Shown piece by piece: positions 1 through 11,100 of a stretch of 64,000 nucleotides of DNA (its first letter is position 1; the number at the start of each line of letters is the position of its first letter). The notes under the pieces were generated by a model. That model saw nothing but the letters and a program-made list of their open reading frames with translations, was not told where the DNA came from and did not search any database. Origin of the DNA: Candidatus Eiseniibacteriota bacterium (lineage in GTDB: Bacteria > Eisenbacteria > RBG-16-71-46). Location: contig CAVSAC010000012.1 in assembly GCA_963725865.1 (NCBI GenBank), forward strand, positions 64,001-128,000, in the 5' to 3' direction. The translations under genes and the position numbers were made by a program.

Positions 1-254
1 GGACCGCTCCCGGCGCCGCGTCGCGGGCGTTCCGCACCGCATGGGCTCTCGCGCCGGGGCTGGCCACGCCGCGCCGGGCGCGGTCGGTTCACCGCAGCCT
101 GACAGGCTCCGCTCGCGGCCCGCGCGGGTTTCCGCTTCGCGCGGCTCGGAGGTCTCGTCTACACTCCTCGCCACCTTCGGCACCACATCGGCGTCGCTTC
201 GCCCCCCGGCGGCCATCCTGCGAACCCGACCCTCATCGCAGAAGGGACGCACTC

Positions 255-2747
255 GTGTCGCATGACCGCCTGTTCCTGACCGACGCCCAGCTGGCCAGCG
301 AGATCGCGCGCTGCGTGTACTGCGAGGAGAAGCCGTGCATGAAGGCGTGCCCGGCCGACTGCTCGCCGGCCGACTTCATCATGGCCGCCAAGGGCGCCAC
401 GCCCGCCGACTACGGCCGCGCCGCCAAGCTGATCATGGCCAAGAACCCGCTCGGCGGCGTGTGCGGCGGCGTGTGTCCCGACATCTACTGCCAGGCCGCG
501 TGCGCGCGCACGCTGTTCGACCGGCCGATCGAGATCCCGATGGTGCAGGCCGCGATCGTGGCGCGCGCCAAGCAGGCCGGCACGCTGCCGGCGCTCGAGG
601 CGACGCCCGCGAACGGCAAGCGCGTGGTGGTGGTGGGCGCGGGCGCGGCGGGACTCGCGGCGGCCGGCGTGCTGGCGCAGCAGGGCTTCGAGGTCGACCT
701 GCTCGAGCGTGGTGACCGGCCGGGCGGCGCGGTGCGGCTGATCCCGGAACACCGGCTCGATCCCGCGGTGCTCGACACCGACATCGAGTGGGTGCTCGAC
801 AATCCGCGCATCCATCTGCACACCGGCCGCACCGTCGCGGACCCCGGCGCGCTGCTCGACCAGGGCTACGCCGGGGTGCTGGTCACCACCGGGCTGCACG
901 ATCCGATCCGGCTCGGCATCGAGGGCGAGTCGCTCGCGCTGTCCGGCAACGCGTACCTCGCCGATCCCGCGCCCTACGCGGTGAAGGGCCGCGTCGCGGT
1001 GATCGGCGGCGGCGCCATCGCGTGCGACTGCGCGGTTACCGCAGCCCGCCAGGGCGCGGCCGAGGTCGAGATGATCACGCTCGAGCGCGCGGGCGAGATG
1101 CCGCTGTCTCCGCGCGAGCGCGGCGAGCTGCTGGCGCACGCGATCAATCTGGTCGGCCGCACGCGCGTGACCGTGATCCACGGGAGCGCCGGGAAGGTGA
1201 CCGGGCTGAAGCTCGAGCGCGTGACGCTGCCGGCGGGGGAGAAGTTCCATCCGTCGAAGGTCACGCCGCTGCCGGGCTCGACGTACGCGCTCGACGGGAT
1301 CGCGCAGGTGATCGTCGCGATCGGCAACCGCCCGGGGCTCAAGCCCGGCGACCGCGCCGGCGTGTTCGTGGCGGGCGACGCCCCGCACGGGCCGTCGAAC
1401 GTGGTCGAGGCCGCGGCCTCGGGCAAGAACGGCGCGCTCGCGCTGGCGGCATGGGTCGCCCGGCAGGCCGCGCCGTCGTTCCCGAATCCGCGCAAGAGCC
1501 ACGTGCGGCTCGCCGGCAGCCGCGAGCTGCCGGTGCCGCTCGAGGTCGACTTCTTCGGCCGCCGCATCCGCTCGCCGTTCCTGCTCTCGGCCGCGCCGCC
1601 CACCGATGGCTACGAGCCGATGCGCAAGGCGTACGAGGCCGGCTGGGCCGGCGGCGTGATGAAGACGGCGTTCGACGGCGTGGACATCCACATCCCCGCC
1701 GACTACATGCACGTGTTCGAGCGCGAGACGTACGGCAACTGCGACAACGTCTCGGACCACGCGCTCGACCGCGTGTGCCGCGAGATCGAGCGGCTGGTGC
1801 GCGAGTACCCCGACCGCCTCACCGCGGCCTCGACCGGCGGTCCGGTGAGCGGCCACGACGAGGAGGACCGCAAGGTCTGGCAGGGCAACAGTCGCAAGCT
1901 CGAGCGCGCCGGCGCGATGGCGGTGGAGTTCAGCCTCTCGTGCCCGCAGGGCGGCGACGGCACCGAGGGCTCGATCGTCTCGCAGTCGCCCGGCCTCACC
2001 GCGAAGATCGTGGACTGGATCATGCAGACCAGCGACCCGGCGGTGCCGAAGCTGTTCAAGCTCACCGGCATGGTGACCTCGGTCGAGGTCATCGTGAACG
2101 CGGTGAAGCAGGTGCTCGACAAGTACCCCGGCAAGCGGGCGGGCGTGACGCTGGCGAACAGCTTCCCGACCCTGTTCTTCCGTCCGCGCGCGGGTGCCGC
2201 GTGGGACGAGGGCATCCTGGTCGGCATGAGCGGCGCCGGTGTGGCGCCGATCTCGAACCTGACGCTGGCCTCGGTCGCGCGCCTCGGCGTCACCGTGTCG
2301 GGCAACGGCGGCCCGATGGACTACCGCGCCGCCGCGCACTTCCTGGCGCTCGGCGCGCGCAGCGTGCAGTTCTGCACGGTGGCGATGAAGTACGGCGTGC
2401 ACGTGGTGGACGAGCTGCACTCGGGGCTCAGCCACCTGATGGAGGCGCGCGGCCTGCGCTCGGTCGAGGAGCTGATCGGACGCGCGCTGCCGATGCCGAT
2501 CACCGACTTCATGGCGCTGAGCCCCACCAAGCGCATCCCGCGGCTCGCCGAGGAGCTGTGCGTGCACTGCGGCAACTGCACGCGCTGCGCCTACCTCGCG
2601 GTGAGCCTCGATGCCGGCGGCCTCCCGCGCTTCGACGCCTCGCGCTGCGTGGGCTGCAGCCTGTGCGCCCAGAAGTGCTTCACCGGCGCGCTGGCGATGG
2701 GGGACCGCACCGCGGCCGAGGCCGCCGCGCACCCGGCGGGCGCCTAG
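255..2747 (+). CDS. Fused PreT/PreA-like dihydropyrimidine dehydrogenase (Fe-S + FAD/NAD(P) domain, FMN DHODH-like barrel, C-terminal 2x[4Fe-4S])
   Basis: N-terminal RCVYC..PCMKACP and CGGVCP..YC; Rossmann GAGAAG and GGGAIACD; SLSCPQG active-site loop resembling DPD NLSCPHG; C-terminal CVHCGNCTRC and CVGCSLCAQKC; GTG start after GAAGGGA. Confidence 0.85.
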   Translation: MSHDRLFLTDAQLASEIARCVYCEEKPCMKACPADCSPADFIMAAKGATPADYGRAAKLIMAKNPLGGVCGGVCPDIYCQAACARTLFDRPIEIPMVQAAIVARAKQAGTLPALEATPANGKRVVVVGAGAAGLAAAGVLAQQGFEVDLLERGDRPGGAVRLIPEHRLDPAVLDTDIEWVLDNPRIHLHTGRTVADPGALLDQGYAGVLVTTGLHDPIRLGIEGESLALSGNAYLADPAPYAVKGRVAVIGGGAIACDCAVTAARQGAAEVEMITLERAGEMPLSPRERGELLAHAINLVGRTRVTVIHGSAGKVTGLKLERVTLPAGEKFHPSKVTPLPGSTYALDGIAQVIVAIGNRPGLKPGDRAGVFVAGDAPHGPSNVVEAAASGKNGALALAAWVARQAAPSFPNPRKSHVRLAGSRELPVPLEVDFFGRRIRSPFLLSAAPPTDGYEPMRKAYEAGWAGGVMKTAFDGVDIHIPADYMHVFERETYGNCDNVSDHALDRVCREIERLVREYPDRLTAASTGGPVSGHDEEDRKVWQGNSRKLERAGAMAVEFSLSCPQGGDGTEGSIVSQSPGLTAKIVDWIMQTSDPAVPKLFKLTGMVTSVEVIVNAVKQVLDKYPGKRAGVTLANSFPTLFFRPRAGAAWDEGILVGMSGAGVAPISNLTLASVARLGVTVSGNGGPMDYRAAAHFLALGARSVQFCTVAMKYGVHVVDELHSGLSHLMEARGLRSVEELIGRALPMPITDFMALSPTKRIPRLAEELCVHCGNCTRCAYLAVSLDAGGLPRFDASRCVGCSLCAQKCFTGALAMGDRTAAEAAAHPAGA

Positions 2748-2930
2748 GTTCGGTCCGCGAACGGCGGCCATTCGCAGGCTGCACCCGACCCGCCAGGGAC
2801 CGCGAGGCCGGGAGGGCAGCACGGATGCGCCGTCGCGGGCGGGCGGCCGCCGGGCCCGCCGGTGCCTGCCCGTGGCGCGCCCCAACCGCGATCGCTCGCC
2901 GCATACAATATGCGAGGGCCCTCGTCCGTC

Positions 2931-3485
2931 ATGGTGGGTGACGGCAGCGATCGGAGGCACGTGGACCGGGATCGGGATCGGGGCGCTGGAGTGGCTGGCG
3001 GAGCAGCGGCGGCGGTCACCGAGCTCTACCGCAACTACCGCGCGCGCCTGCACCAGTACGCGTTGAGCCTGGTGCGCGACCGCGAAGCCGCGGAGGACGC
3101 CGTGCAGGACGCGTTCCTGGGGTGGGTCCGGCAGGTGGCGGCCGGCAAGGCGCCGAGACAACCCGCGTCCTATCTCTACGCCTCGGTGCGCAACCGCTGC
3201 CTGGACCGGCTGCGGCGGCGTCCGGAGATGGCGCTCGATGCGGCGCAGGTCGAGCTGCTCGCCGCCCCCGCCGGCGACGAGGAGCGGATCGGCCTCCGGC
3301 ACGCGCTCAATCGCCTGCTGCTCGCGCTGCCGGAGGAGCAGCGCGAAGTGGTCGTGCTGAGGACCTGGCACGACATGGAGTTCGCGGCGATCGCCGCGCT
3401 CCAGGGAACGCCGGTCAACACGGCGATCGCGCGCTACCACTACGCGCTCGCCAAGCTGAACAAGGAGCTGGAAGCACATGAATGA
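2931..3485 (+). CDS. ECF (sigma-70 family) RNA polymerase sigma factor
   Basis: Region 2 AEDAVQDAFL..YLYASVRNRCLD; region 4 LPEEQREVVVLR..IAALQGTPVNT; start uncertain (2910/2931/2961). Confidence 0.9.
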   Translation: MVGDGSDRRHVDRDRDRGAGVAGGAAAAVTELYRNYRARLHQYALSLVRDREAAEDAVQDAFLGWVRQVAAGKAPRQPASYLYASVRNRCLDRLRRRPEMALDAAQVELLAAPAGDEERIGLRHALNRLLLALPEEQREVVVLRTWHDMEFAAIAALQGTPVNTAIARYHYALAKLNKELEAHE

Positions 3486-3714
3486 CGATCGCGTCGAGCG
3501 CCTGCTGCGCGGCTACGGGCTTCCGGAGGCGCCGCGCGCACTCGATCAGCGCGTGCTCGCGCAGGCGGAGCGGATCCTCGCCGGGGCGCGGACGCGGGCG
3601 GCCGTGGCCGGCATCGCGCGCGACTTCGGGAATGCCTTCGGCTTCGGCTACGTCAGCTACGTCGTCGATCTCGTCACCGCAACCGACGCGGAGTACCGCG
3701 TCGATCTCATCTGA
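3478..3714 (+). CDS. Small protein coupled to ECF sigma, possible anti-sigma factor
   Basis: Overlaps sigma stop; 78 aa; position typical of anti-sigma genes; no ZAS motif. Confidence 0.55.
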   Translation: MNDDRVERLLRGYGLPEAPRALDQRVLAQAERILAGARTRAAVAGIARDFGNAFGFGYVSYVVDLVTATDAEYRVDLI

Positions 3715-3728
3715 GAGGAGCGTTCACC

Positions 3729-4046
3729 ATGAGCACCTATGAGGAGAGACGCGAAAACCGGCGCCGCTTCCTTCGCCGAAACCTGTTCTGGATCGCGCCG
3801 CTCGGCGTGATCGCGGCGGGCGGCCTGTTCATCGGCGTCGGCTTCCTGGTCGCGTGGCTGTGGCGCGTGACCCTGGGTGACATCTTCGGCGTCAAGCCGA
3901 TCAGCTTCTGGCAGGCGTGGGGGCTGATCCTGCTGTCCCAGATCCTGTTCAAGGCCAACGTGCAGCCGACCACACGTACCGGGCGCTGGCGGCGCGGCGT
4001 CCCGGAGTGCGGATCCGCTCCCGAGATGGAAGGGCAGAGCACGTGA
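3729..4046 (+). CDS. Small membrane protein
   Basis: AGGAG RBS; two hydrophobic segments; WLW..IFG...ISFWQAWGL..L motif. Confidence 0.7.
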   Translation: MSTYEERRENRRRFLRRNLFWIAPLGVIAAGGLFIGVGFLVAWLWRVTLGDIFGVKPISFWQAWGLILLSQILFKANVQPTTRTGRWRRGVPECGSAPEMEGQST

Positions 4047-4558
4047 GCTCGATCAGGCGAGAGGCGAGAGTCGCGGGGCTCCTGTATCTGTTCGGCGGGA
4101 TCACCGCCCCGTTCGGCATCCTCTACGTCCCCCGCACGCTGGTCGTACCGGGAGACGCAACGGCGACGGCCGATCGCGTGCGGGTTTCCGAGACCCTGCT
4201 CCGCATGGGCGTCGCGAGCGAGCTGCTCGTCGCGACCCTGTTCATCTTCGTGGCGCTGGCGCTCTACCGCCTGCTCAAGCGGGTCGACGAGCATCACGCG
4301 CTGGCGATGCTGTTTCCGTTCGGGATGCTCGTCATCCGATCGGGCTTCATCCCCCGCGTCCTGGGGGTCTTCCTGATCATCGCGGGTTCCGCGTACCTGG
4401 TCAGTTCGATCGCCGCGCTGTGCCTGCCCCAGTACGCGCGTGCCGTCTCCCAATGGGCGACGCCGCTCGTGATCGGAGAACTGCCGATCGTGATCTGGTT
4501 CCTGTTCTGGGGTGCGAAGGAACAACGAGCCCACGCGCTCTTCCCGGTGATCCCATGA
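4043..4558 (+). CDS. DUF4386-family membrane protein with an in-frame internal deletion
   Basis: GTGA overlap start; ARVAGLLYL..LVVPGDATAT and RSGFIPRVLG motifs; lacks about 64 central residues present in the next paralog. Confidence 0.7.
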   Translation: MSSIRREARVAGLLYLFGGITAPFGILYVPRTLVVPGDATATADRVRVSETLLRMGVASELLVATLFIFVALALYRLLKRVDEHHALAMLFPFGMLVIRSGFIPRVLGVFLIIAGSAYLVSSIAALCLPQYARAVSQWATPLVIGELPIVIWFLFWGAKEQRAHALFPVIP

Positions 4559-5271
4559 AGCCGTCGCCGCGGGTCACCGCGAGACGTGCCGGGGCGCTGT
4601 ACGTGATCAGCACCGTGCCGGCCGGATTCTCCGTGTTCGTTCTCTCGAAGCTGGTCGTGCGCGGCGATCCCGCGGCGACCGCCGTCAGCATCCTGGGTTC
4701 GGAAGGGTTGTTCCGCCTCGGATTCGTCGCAGATCTGGTCGGCATCACGTTCGTGGTCGGTTCGCTGGTCTTCCTCTACGAACTGTTCAAGCCGGTGAGC
4801 AGGAGCCTGGCGCTGCTCATGGTGCTGCTCTGCCTGCTCGGTTCCGGCATCCAGGCCCTGAACTCCATTCAGGACCTCGCCGCTCTGACCTTGCTGAAGG
4901 GCGGGAGCAGCCTGGCCGCGTTGGGCACCGCCCAGTCGCAGGCGCTGGCGTACGTGTTCCTCAGGCTTCACTCGCTCACCTACGACCTCGCATTGGTGTT
5001 CTTCGGAGTGTTCGCCATCACCGTCGGGTGCCTCGTACTCAGGTCCACGTTCCTCCCTCGTATCCTGGGCGTGCTGATGGTGCTCGACGGTCTGGGCTAC
5101 CTCACCTTCAGCTTCGCGATGTTCCTTTCGCCTCCGCTGGCCGCCCGTATCTACCCCTACGTCCCGCTCGTGACCGCGCTCCTCGGGGAGATTGCGCTGA
5201 TGCTGTGGCTCGTCGTGAAGGGCGTGAACGCGACGCGATGGGAGGAGCAGGCGGCCGCAGGGGTCGCCTGA
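4555..5271 (+). CDS. DUF4386-family membrane protein
   Basis: ATGA overlap start; ARRAGALY..LVVRGDPAAT, RSTFLPRILG, GEIALMLWLVVKGV. Confidence 0.8.
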   Translation: MKPSPRVTARRAGALYVISTVPAGFSVFVLSKLVVRGDPAATAVSILGSEGLFRLGFVADLVGITFVVGSLVFLYELFKPVSRSLALLMVLLCLLGSGIQALNSIQDLAALTLLKGGSSLAALGTAQSQALAYVFLRLHSLTYDLALVFFGVFAITVGCLVLRSTFLPRILGVLMVLDGLGYLTFSFAMFLSPPLAARIYPYVPLVTALLGEIALMLWLVVKGVNATRWEEQAAAGVA

Positions 5272-5368
5272 CTCACGCCACCGGGATGACGACGTGGCCT
5301 CGAGGCCTGGCGCTCGATATGGGGGCTCGGAGTCGGCGATACCGGTGCACTTGAGGTAGATTCCCCCG

Positions 5369-8008
5369 ATGCTCCTGGCTCCCGGCACCCGCCTCGGCCC
5401 TTTCGAGATCGTTGCGCCGCTTGGCGCAGGCGGCATGGGCGAGGTGTATCGCGCCCGCGACACACGGCTCGGGCGCGACGTGGCGATCAAGGCGCTGCCC
5501 TCCGCGTTCTCACTGGACCCCGACCGGCTGGCACGGTTCGAACGCGAAGCGAAGCTGCTCGCGTCGCTCTCGCACCCCAACGTCGCCGGGATCCACGGGC
5601 TCGAAGAGGTCGCCGGCGCGCGCTACCTGGTGCTCGAGTTCGTCGAGGGCGAGACCCTTGCGGCGCGCCTCGCCCGGGGTGCGCTTCCCATCGACGAGGC
5701 GAGCGAGGTCTGCCGGCAGATCGCGGCGGGGGTCGAAGCCGCCCACGAGAGTGGCGTGGTCCACCGCGACCTCAAGCCGGGCAACGTCATGCTCACGGCG
5801 TCCGGGGCGGTGAAGGTGCTCGACTTTGGGCTCGCGAAAGGCGGCGCCGCGAGCGCGTCGAGTTCGAACGTCGACCTTTCGGCATCGCCCACCCTGACCT
5901 ACGCCGCGACGAGCGCAGGCGTGATCCTGGGCACCGCCGCCTACATGAGCCCCGAGCAGGCGCGGGGGAAGGCGGTGGACCGACGCACGGACGTGTGGTC
6001 GTTCGGCTGCGTGCTCTACGAGTGCCTGACCGGGCGCCCGGCGTACGAAGGCGAGACGGTGTCGGACCTGATCGCGCGCATCCTGGAACGCGAGCCCGAT
6101 TGGAGCGCGCTGCCGCCCACGACCCCGCCGCGCGTCGCCGAGCTGCTTCGCCGATGTCTCACCAAGGATGTTTCGCTCCGCCTCCGCGACATCGGCGAGG
6201 CGCGCATCGCCCTCGGTGCGCCGAGTGCTGCCGCCGGCGCGGGGGCAAGGGACACCCCGGCGGGCCGGCGAACCGCTCCCCGCTGGATGGCGCCAGCCAT
6301 CGCGGTCGTGCTCGCCGTTGCCGCGACGTCGGCCGTACTGCTCCTGACCCGGCCCGCGCATCCGCACGGCCCGGTGCGACGTTTTCGCGTCCCGGTGGAC
6401 GGGCTGACGACCACGTTCTTCACGCCGCTCGCACTCACTCGTGACGGGCGTCAGATCGCGTACGAAGCGAACGACCGCATCTGGGTCCGCCACATGGATC
6501 AACTCGACGCGCTCGAGGTCCCCGGCTCCAGGGGCGGTCGCTCGCCCTTCTGGTCATGGGACCAGAGGACGCTCGGGTTCGCGGCCAACAAGAAGCTCTG
6601 GACGTTCACGCTCGGCGCGGAGCAGAGCAATGAGATCGGCGACATTCCCGAGAGCGGCGAGATCCTGGGCGGTGCCTGGGGCCCGGATGCGCGCATCGTG
6701 CTGGCGGTATGGCGCGGTGGACTCTACGAGCTCCCCGCCTCGGGCGGCGGCATTCGTACGATCATGATGCCGGACAGTTCCACGGTCGATTTCCACGGCC
6801 CGAGCTATCTCCCCGACGGCCGCACGCTCCTGCTGTTCGTACACGACAAGGCCGGCAGGAACGCCGTGGCAACCCTGGAAGGATCGCCGCCGCGACTGAA
6901 GCGCGTCTTCGAGGACTCGAGGACGGGCACGGCGAGCTACTCGCCGACCGGGCACCTGCTCCTCACGCTGGAGGAGGGCGACCACCGAAGCCGAACGTGG
7001 GCCGTCCCGTTCTCGGCGGCCGAGCGGAAGGTGACGGGACCCGCGTTCCCGGTTCTCGACGGCGCCGCATACGCGAGCGGCGCTTCCGATGGCGTGCTGG
7101 TCGCGGCAGAAGATGAGCCACCACCACAGGGCCAGCTGGTCTGGAAGCGTCGGGACGGCAGCGGGGAAGCAGCCATCGGGGAACCGCAGCAGGGCGTGAG
7201 CTCGCCCGCGCTCTCTCCGGACGGCGGACGCGTCGCCTTCGTCGCCGTTCAGGACGCGAATGCCGACATCTGGGTGCAGGACCTGGCGCGAGGCACGCGA
7301 ACCCGGCTCACCTCCAGCCCGACGTGGGAGGGGAATCCCGCGTGGTCGCCGAATGGAAGCCACATCTACTACAGCTCGATCGAACGCGCCGGTTCCGTCC
7401 ACATCGTGGCCGTCGCCAGCGATGGGAGCGGGTCTTCCGACACGATCTCCCGCGGCTTCCAGGCCTCCCCGAGTCCGGACGGCAAGAGCCTCGCATGTAC
7501 GGTCGATCGGCGAGGCAACGCCGATCTCTGGATCGTCCGGTTGGATCGCGGGAATGCCATGCAGCCTTTTCTCGAGACGTCGAACAACGAAACGGCCCCG
7601 TCGATCTCTCCCGACGGTCGTTGGATCGCGTACACGTCCGACGAATCCGGAACCAACGAGATCTACATTCGCCGGTATCCCGAAGGCGATGCGCGAGCGC
7701 AGGTCTCGGTCGGTGGCGGCAGTTGGCCCCGCTGGACGCGCCGCGGCGACGCGATCTACTACGTGCACCGCGACACGGTCACCACGGTGTCCGTCGGACC
7801 CGGCCCACGCCCCGCTCTGGGCCTGCCCCGGGCATTCTTCACCTCCCCCGCGCAGGAGCTCGAGCTGAGCGCGAGGGAGTTCGCAGGCTTCCCGCTCGAC
7901 GCTCACCCCGACGGCGCTCGCTTCATCGGCGTGCGGCGGACCGGAGCGCCCGCGAGCAGGGCGATGCTCTTCGTCGAGAACTGGCTGGAGGAGTTCCGCA
8001 AGCGGTGA
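5369..8008 (+). CDS. Hanks-type Ser/Thr protein kinase with TM helix and TolB/PD40 beta-propeller
   Basis: LGAGGMGEVY, VAIK, HRDLKPGN, DFG, YMSPEQ; TM near residue 310; repeated P.(W/L)SPDG motifs. Confidence 0.95.
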   Translation: MLLAPGTRLGPFEIVAPLGAGGMGEVYRARDTRLGRDVAIKALPSAFSLDPDRLARFEREAKLLASLSHPNVAGIHGLEEVAGARYLVLEFVEGETLAARLARGALPIDEASEVCRQIAAGVEAAHESGVVHRDLKPGNVMLTASGAVKVLDFGLAKGGAASASSSNVDLSASPTLTYAATSAGVILGTAAYMSPEQARGKAVDRRTDVWSFGCVLYECLTGRPAYEGETVSDLIARILEREPDWSALPPTTPPRVAELLRRCLTKDVSLRLRDIGEARIALGAPSAAAGAGARDTPAGRRTAPRWMAPAIAVVLAVAATSAVLLLTRPAHPHGPVRRFRVPVDGLTTTFFTPLALTRDGRQIAYEANDRIWVRHMDQLDALEVPGSRGGRSPFWSWDQRTLGFAANKKLWTFTLGAEQSNEIGDIPESGEILGGAWGPDARIVLAVWRGGLYELPASGGGIRTIMMPDSSTVDFHGPSYLPDGRTLLLFVHDKAGRNAVATLEGSPPRLKRVFEDSRTGTASYSPTGHLLLTLEEGDHRSRTWAVPFSAAERKVTGPAFPVLDGAAYASGASDGVLVAAEDEPPPQGQLVWKRRDGSGEAAIGEPQQGVSSPALSPDGGRVAFVAVQDANADIWVQDLARGTRTRLTSSPTWEGNPAWSPNGSHIYYSSIERAGSVHIVAVASDGSGSSDTISRGFQASPSPDGKSLACTVDRRGNADLWIVRLDRGNAMQPFLETSNNETAPSISPDGRWIAYTSDESGTNEIYIRRYPEGDARAQVSVGGGSWPRWTRRGDAIYYVHRDTVTTVSVGPGPRPALGLPRAFFTSPAQELELSAREFAGFPLDAHPDGARFIGVRRTGAPASRAMLFVENWLEEFRKR

Positions 8009-8195
8009 TTTGGCCCGCTCGGCCCAGCCGCGGCCGATGGGTCGCGGCGCTATGGCGCGTGACTCCGATCGATCCCGGCCGCCCCCGCCGAAACCCTGTG
8101 ATTCCAGCGCCGAGTCGGACTCCGTCTTCCCGAGGGCCATCCCGGGGGTGGTTCCGCGCACCGCGCACCGCACTGCACGATCCCCAGGAGGCACC

Positions 8196-11100
8196 ATGGT
8201 TGCCGCTGCCCGCACGTCCCGTCGCTCCCGCGGGGCGCTCGCGCTCCTCGCCCTCGCCCTGGCCCTCGCGACGTCCGCATGGGGCGCCGGCCTGCCGGAT
8301 CTCATCCCCTCCGGGATCCCGGCGTCCGCGCGCCCCGGCGGCACGTCGCTGCCCGACCTCGGCTCGGCCACCCGCCTGATCGATGGGTTGCTCACCGCTC
8401 CGGCCGCGGATCGCCTCGCGCGGCCCGCGCAGGTGAGCGGGACGGCCGACTGGTCGACCGAATCCAACCTCGCCAACCGCAAGCTGGGAATGGCGGTCAC
8501 TCCGGCCGGCGACGTGAACGGCGACGGCTTCAGCGACTTCGTGGCGCTCGGCGACGTGAACAGCTTCCACACCGCGCTCTACCTCTACCTGGGCTCGGCG
8601 ACCGGCGCGACGCTGGCGCCCGGCTATCCCGCGATCGACCTGCCGCCGGGCGCGCAGGTGAGCGCGGCGGGGGACGTGAACGGGAATGGGCTCGCGGACA
8701 TCGTCCTCTACTGGGCCGACACCGGGACCGCTCGGGTGTATTTCGGAACGTCGGGCGGCCTCGACCTCGTGAGCTTCAACCAGCTCAGCGGGCACTTCGG
8801 CACCAACGTCTTCGGATTCAACGCCGCCCCGGCCGGTGACGTGAACGGCGACGGCTTCGACGACCTGATCTTCGGGATGCCGTTCCAGTCCGGCTTCTCC
8901 CCGTGCTCGCCCTCGCCGGGCAGCGGCGTGGTGGAGGTGCTCTACGGCAGCCTGAGCGGCGTGAGCGCGACGAACAACTGGTACGTCGAGGGCTGCCTCG
9001 CGACCAGCGCGAACGCCGGACTCGGCACCTCGGTCGCCGGCGCGGGCGACGTGAACGGCGACGGCTTCGACGACATCGTGATCGGGGCGCCGGGCGCGGA
9101 CCCGACCTTCTCGGGCAGCGTGGTGGGGATCGCGTACGTCATGTACGGATCCAGCTCCGGGTTCCCGACCATCAATGGCTTCCCGCACCTGGGCACCGTG
9201 ACCAGCGGCACCGCCATCGCGGGCCATCACCTGTTCGCGGAATTCGGCAACGCGGTCTCGCCCATGGGCGATCTCAACGGCGATGGCTACGCCGACATCG
9301 CCATCGGCGCTCCGTCCGACGACAACTACGGCACCGATGGCGGCATGGCGTTCGTGTTCCGCGGCTCGGCCGCGGGGATCGACACCGCCACCGCCGACCT
9401 GCTGTGGTCGGAGGCGGGCGGCCTCCCGAGCCTGCGTTTCGGCCAGTCGCTCACCCCCGCGGGCGACGTCAACGGCGACGGGCGCGGCGACCTGCTGATC
9501 GCGATGTCGTCTGGCGTCGGCGCTCGGCCAGAGCACGGGCAGCACGCTCATCATCTCGCAGGTCCTCGGCTATCCGCCGAATGCCCACTCGACGGTGACC
9601 GCGGGCGACGTGACCGGCGACGGACTCAGCGACGTGCTGGTGGGCGATCCGTTCTACGCCAATGGCGAGTCCGCCGAAGGCCGCGTACTGGTCCACTACG
9701 GAACCGGCTCGCCGCCCTCGTACTCCGCGAACTGGAGCGCGACGCAGACCGCGATCGAGAACCCGAACTTCGGCTGGTCGGTCGCCTCGGCCGGCGACGT
9801 CAATGCCGACGGCTACGACGACGTGCTGGTGGGCGAGCCCACCTGGTACAACTTCACGTCGCCGGGCGACGTGAACAACGGGCTCATCCAGCTCTTCCTC
9901 GGCAGCGCGACCGGGCTGGCGACCACTTCGGCCTGGTATACCTGGGGCGCCTCCGGCGATCAGCTCGGGGTCTCCGTCGCTTCGGCCGGCGACGTCAACG
10001 GCGACGGCTACGCCGACATCCTCGCGGGCGCCCACTTCGCCGCGGGCGGTTTCGGGCAAGCGCAGCTCTGGTACGGCGGCCCCGGCGGCCCCGCGAGCTT
10101 CGCGCCGAACGTGACCATCACCGGCTTCAGCGCCGGCAGCCAGTTCGGCGCGTCGGTCGCCGCGGCCGGCGACGTGGACGGCGACGGCTATCCCGACGTG
10201 ATCGTGGGCGCCCCGCTGGGCGTGGATCCCACGACTCCGCGTTCGGGCGAGGGTCGCGCGTACATCTTCCGCGGCGGATCCGGCGGACTCAGCACCACGC
10301 CGCTCTGGTCGCGCAGCGGTGGGCAGATCGACGCGCACCTCGGCACGTCGGTGGCGAGCGCGGGCGACGCCAACGGCGACAGCTACGCCGACGCGATCGT
10401 GGGCATGCCCGACTACGACGCGACCGACAAGCTCGGCAACGTCTACCCCGATGCCGGCCGCGCGCTGGTGGAATACGGCGCGAGCACCGGCATGTCGGGC
10501 GAGGGCACGCTCACCGTGCTCGCGTCCTGGCGCCTCGGCGCCTCGGTGGCGGGGGCCGGCGACGTCAACGGCGACGGAGTCAGCGACGTGATCGTGGGCG
10601 CACCGAATGCGACCAACACGATCGCGGGCGAGGGCGCCGCGCGCGTGTACACCGGAGGCACGAACCGCTCGCTGACCACGCTGTGGACCCAGTTCGGCGG
10701 CGAGGCGTTCGGCGGCTTCGGCTCGGCGGTCTCCTCGGCCGGCGACACCGATGGCGACGGCCTCAGCGACGTGCTGGTGGGGGCGGTGTTCCAGGACGCG
10801 GGCGGCGCGCACGACCAGGGCGCCGCGTACGTGTTCCGCGGCCCGCTGCCGGCCGGCGCGGCGGCATTCTGGACCGCGACCGGCGGCTCGCCGCTCGCGA
10901 ACATGGGCCACTCGCTCGCCAACGCGGGCGACGTGAACGGCGACGGCTGGAGCGACCTGATGTTCGGCGAGCCCGGTTACACCAACACCGTCACGCGCCA
11001 GGGCTTCTGCCAGGTGCGCTACGGCTCGCAGGGAACGGCACTCTTCCAGCTCGGGCTCGGGTACCACATCACGGCGCCCGGGCACCTGCTCCAGGCAGGC

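Noticed and set aside
159..3479. Very long antisense or alternate-frame ORFs (also 37829..40963, 38431..43320, 9469..11922, 43647..46169)
   Set aside because: Arg/Ala/Gly-rich shadows of real genes, expected in high-GC DNA; no family motifs
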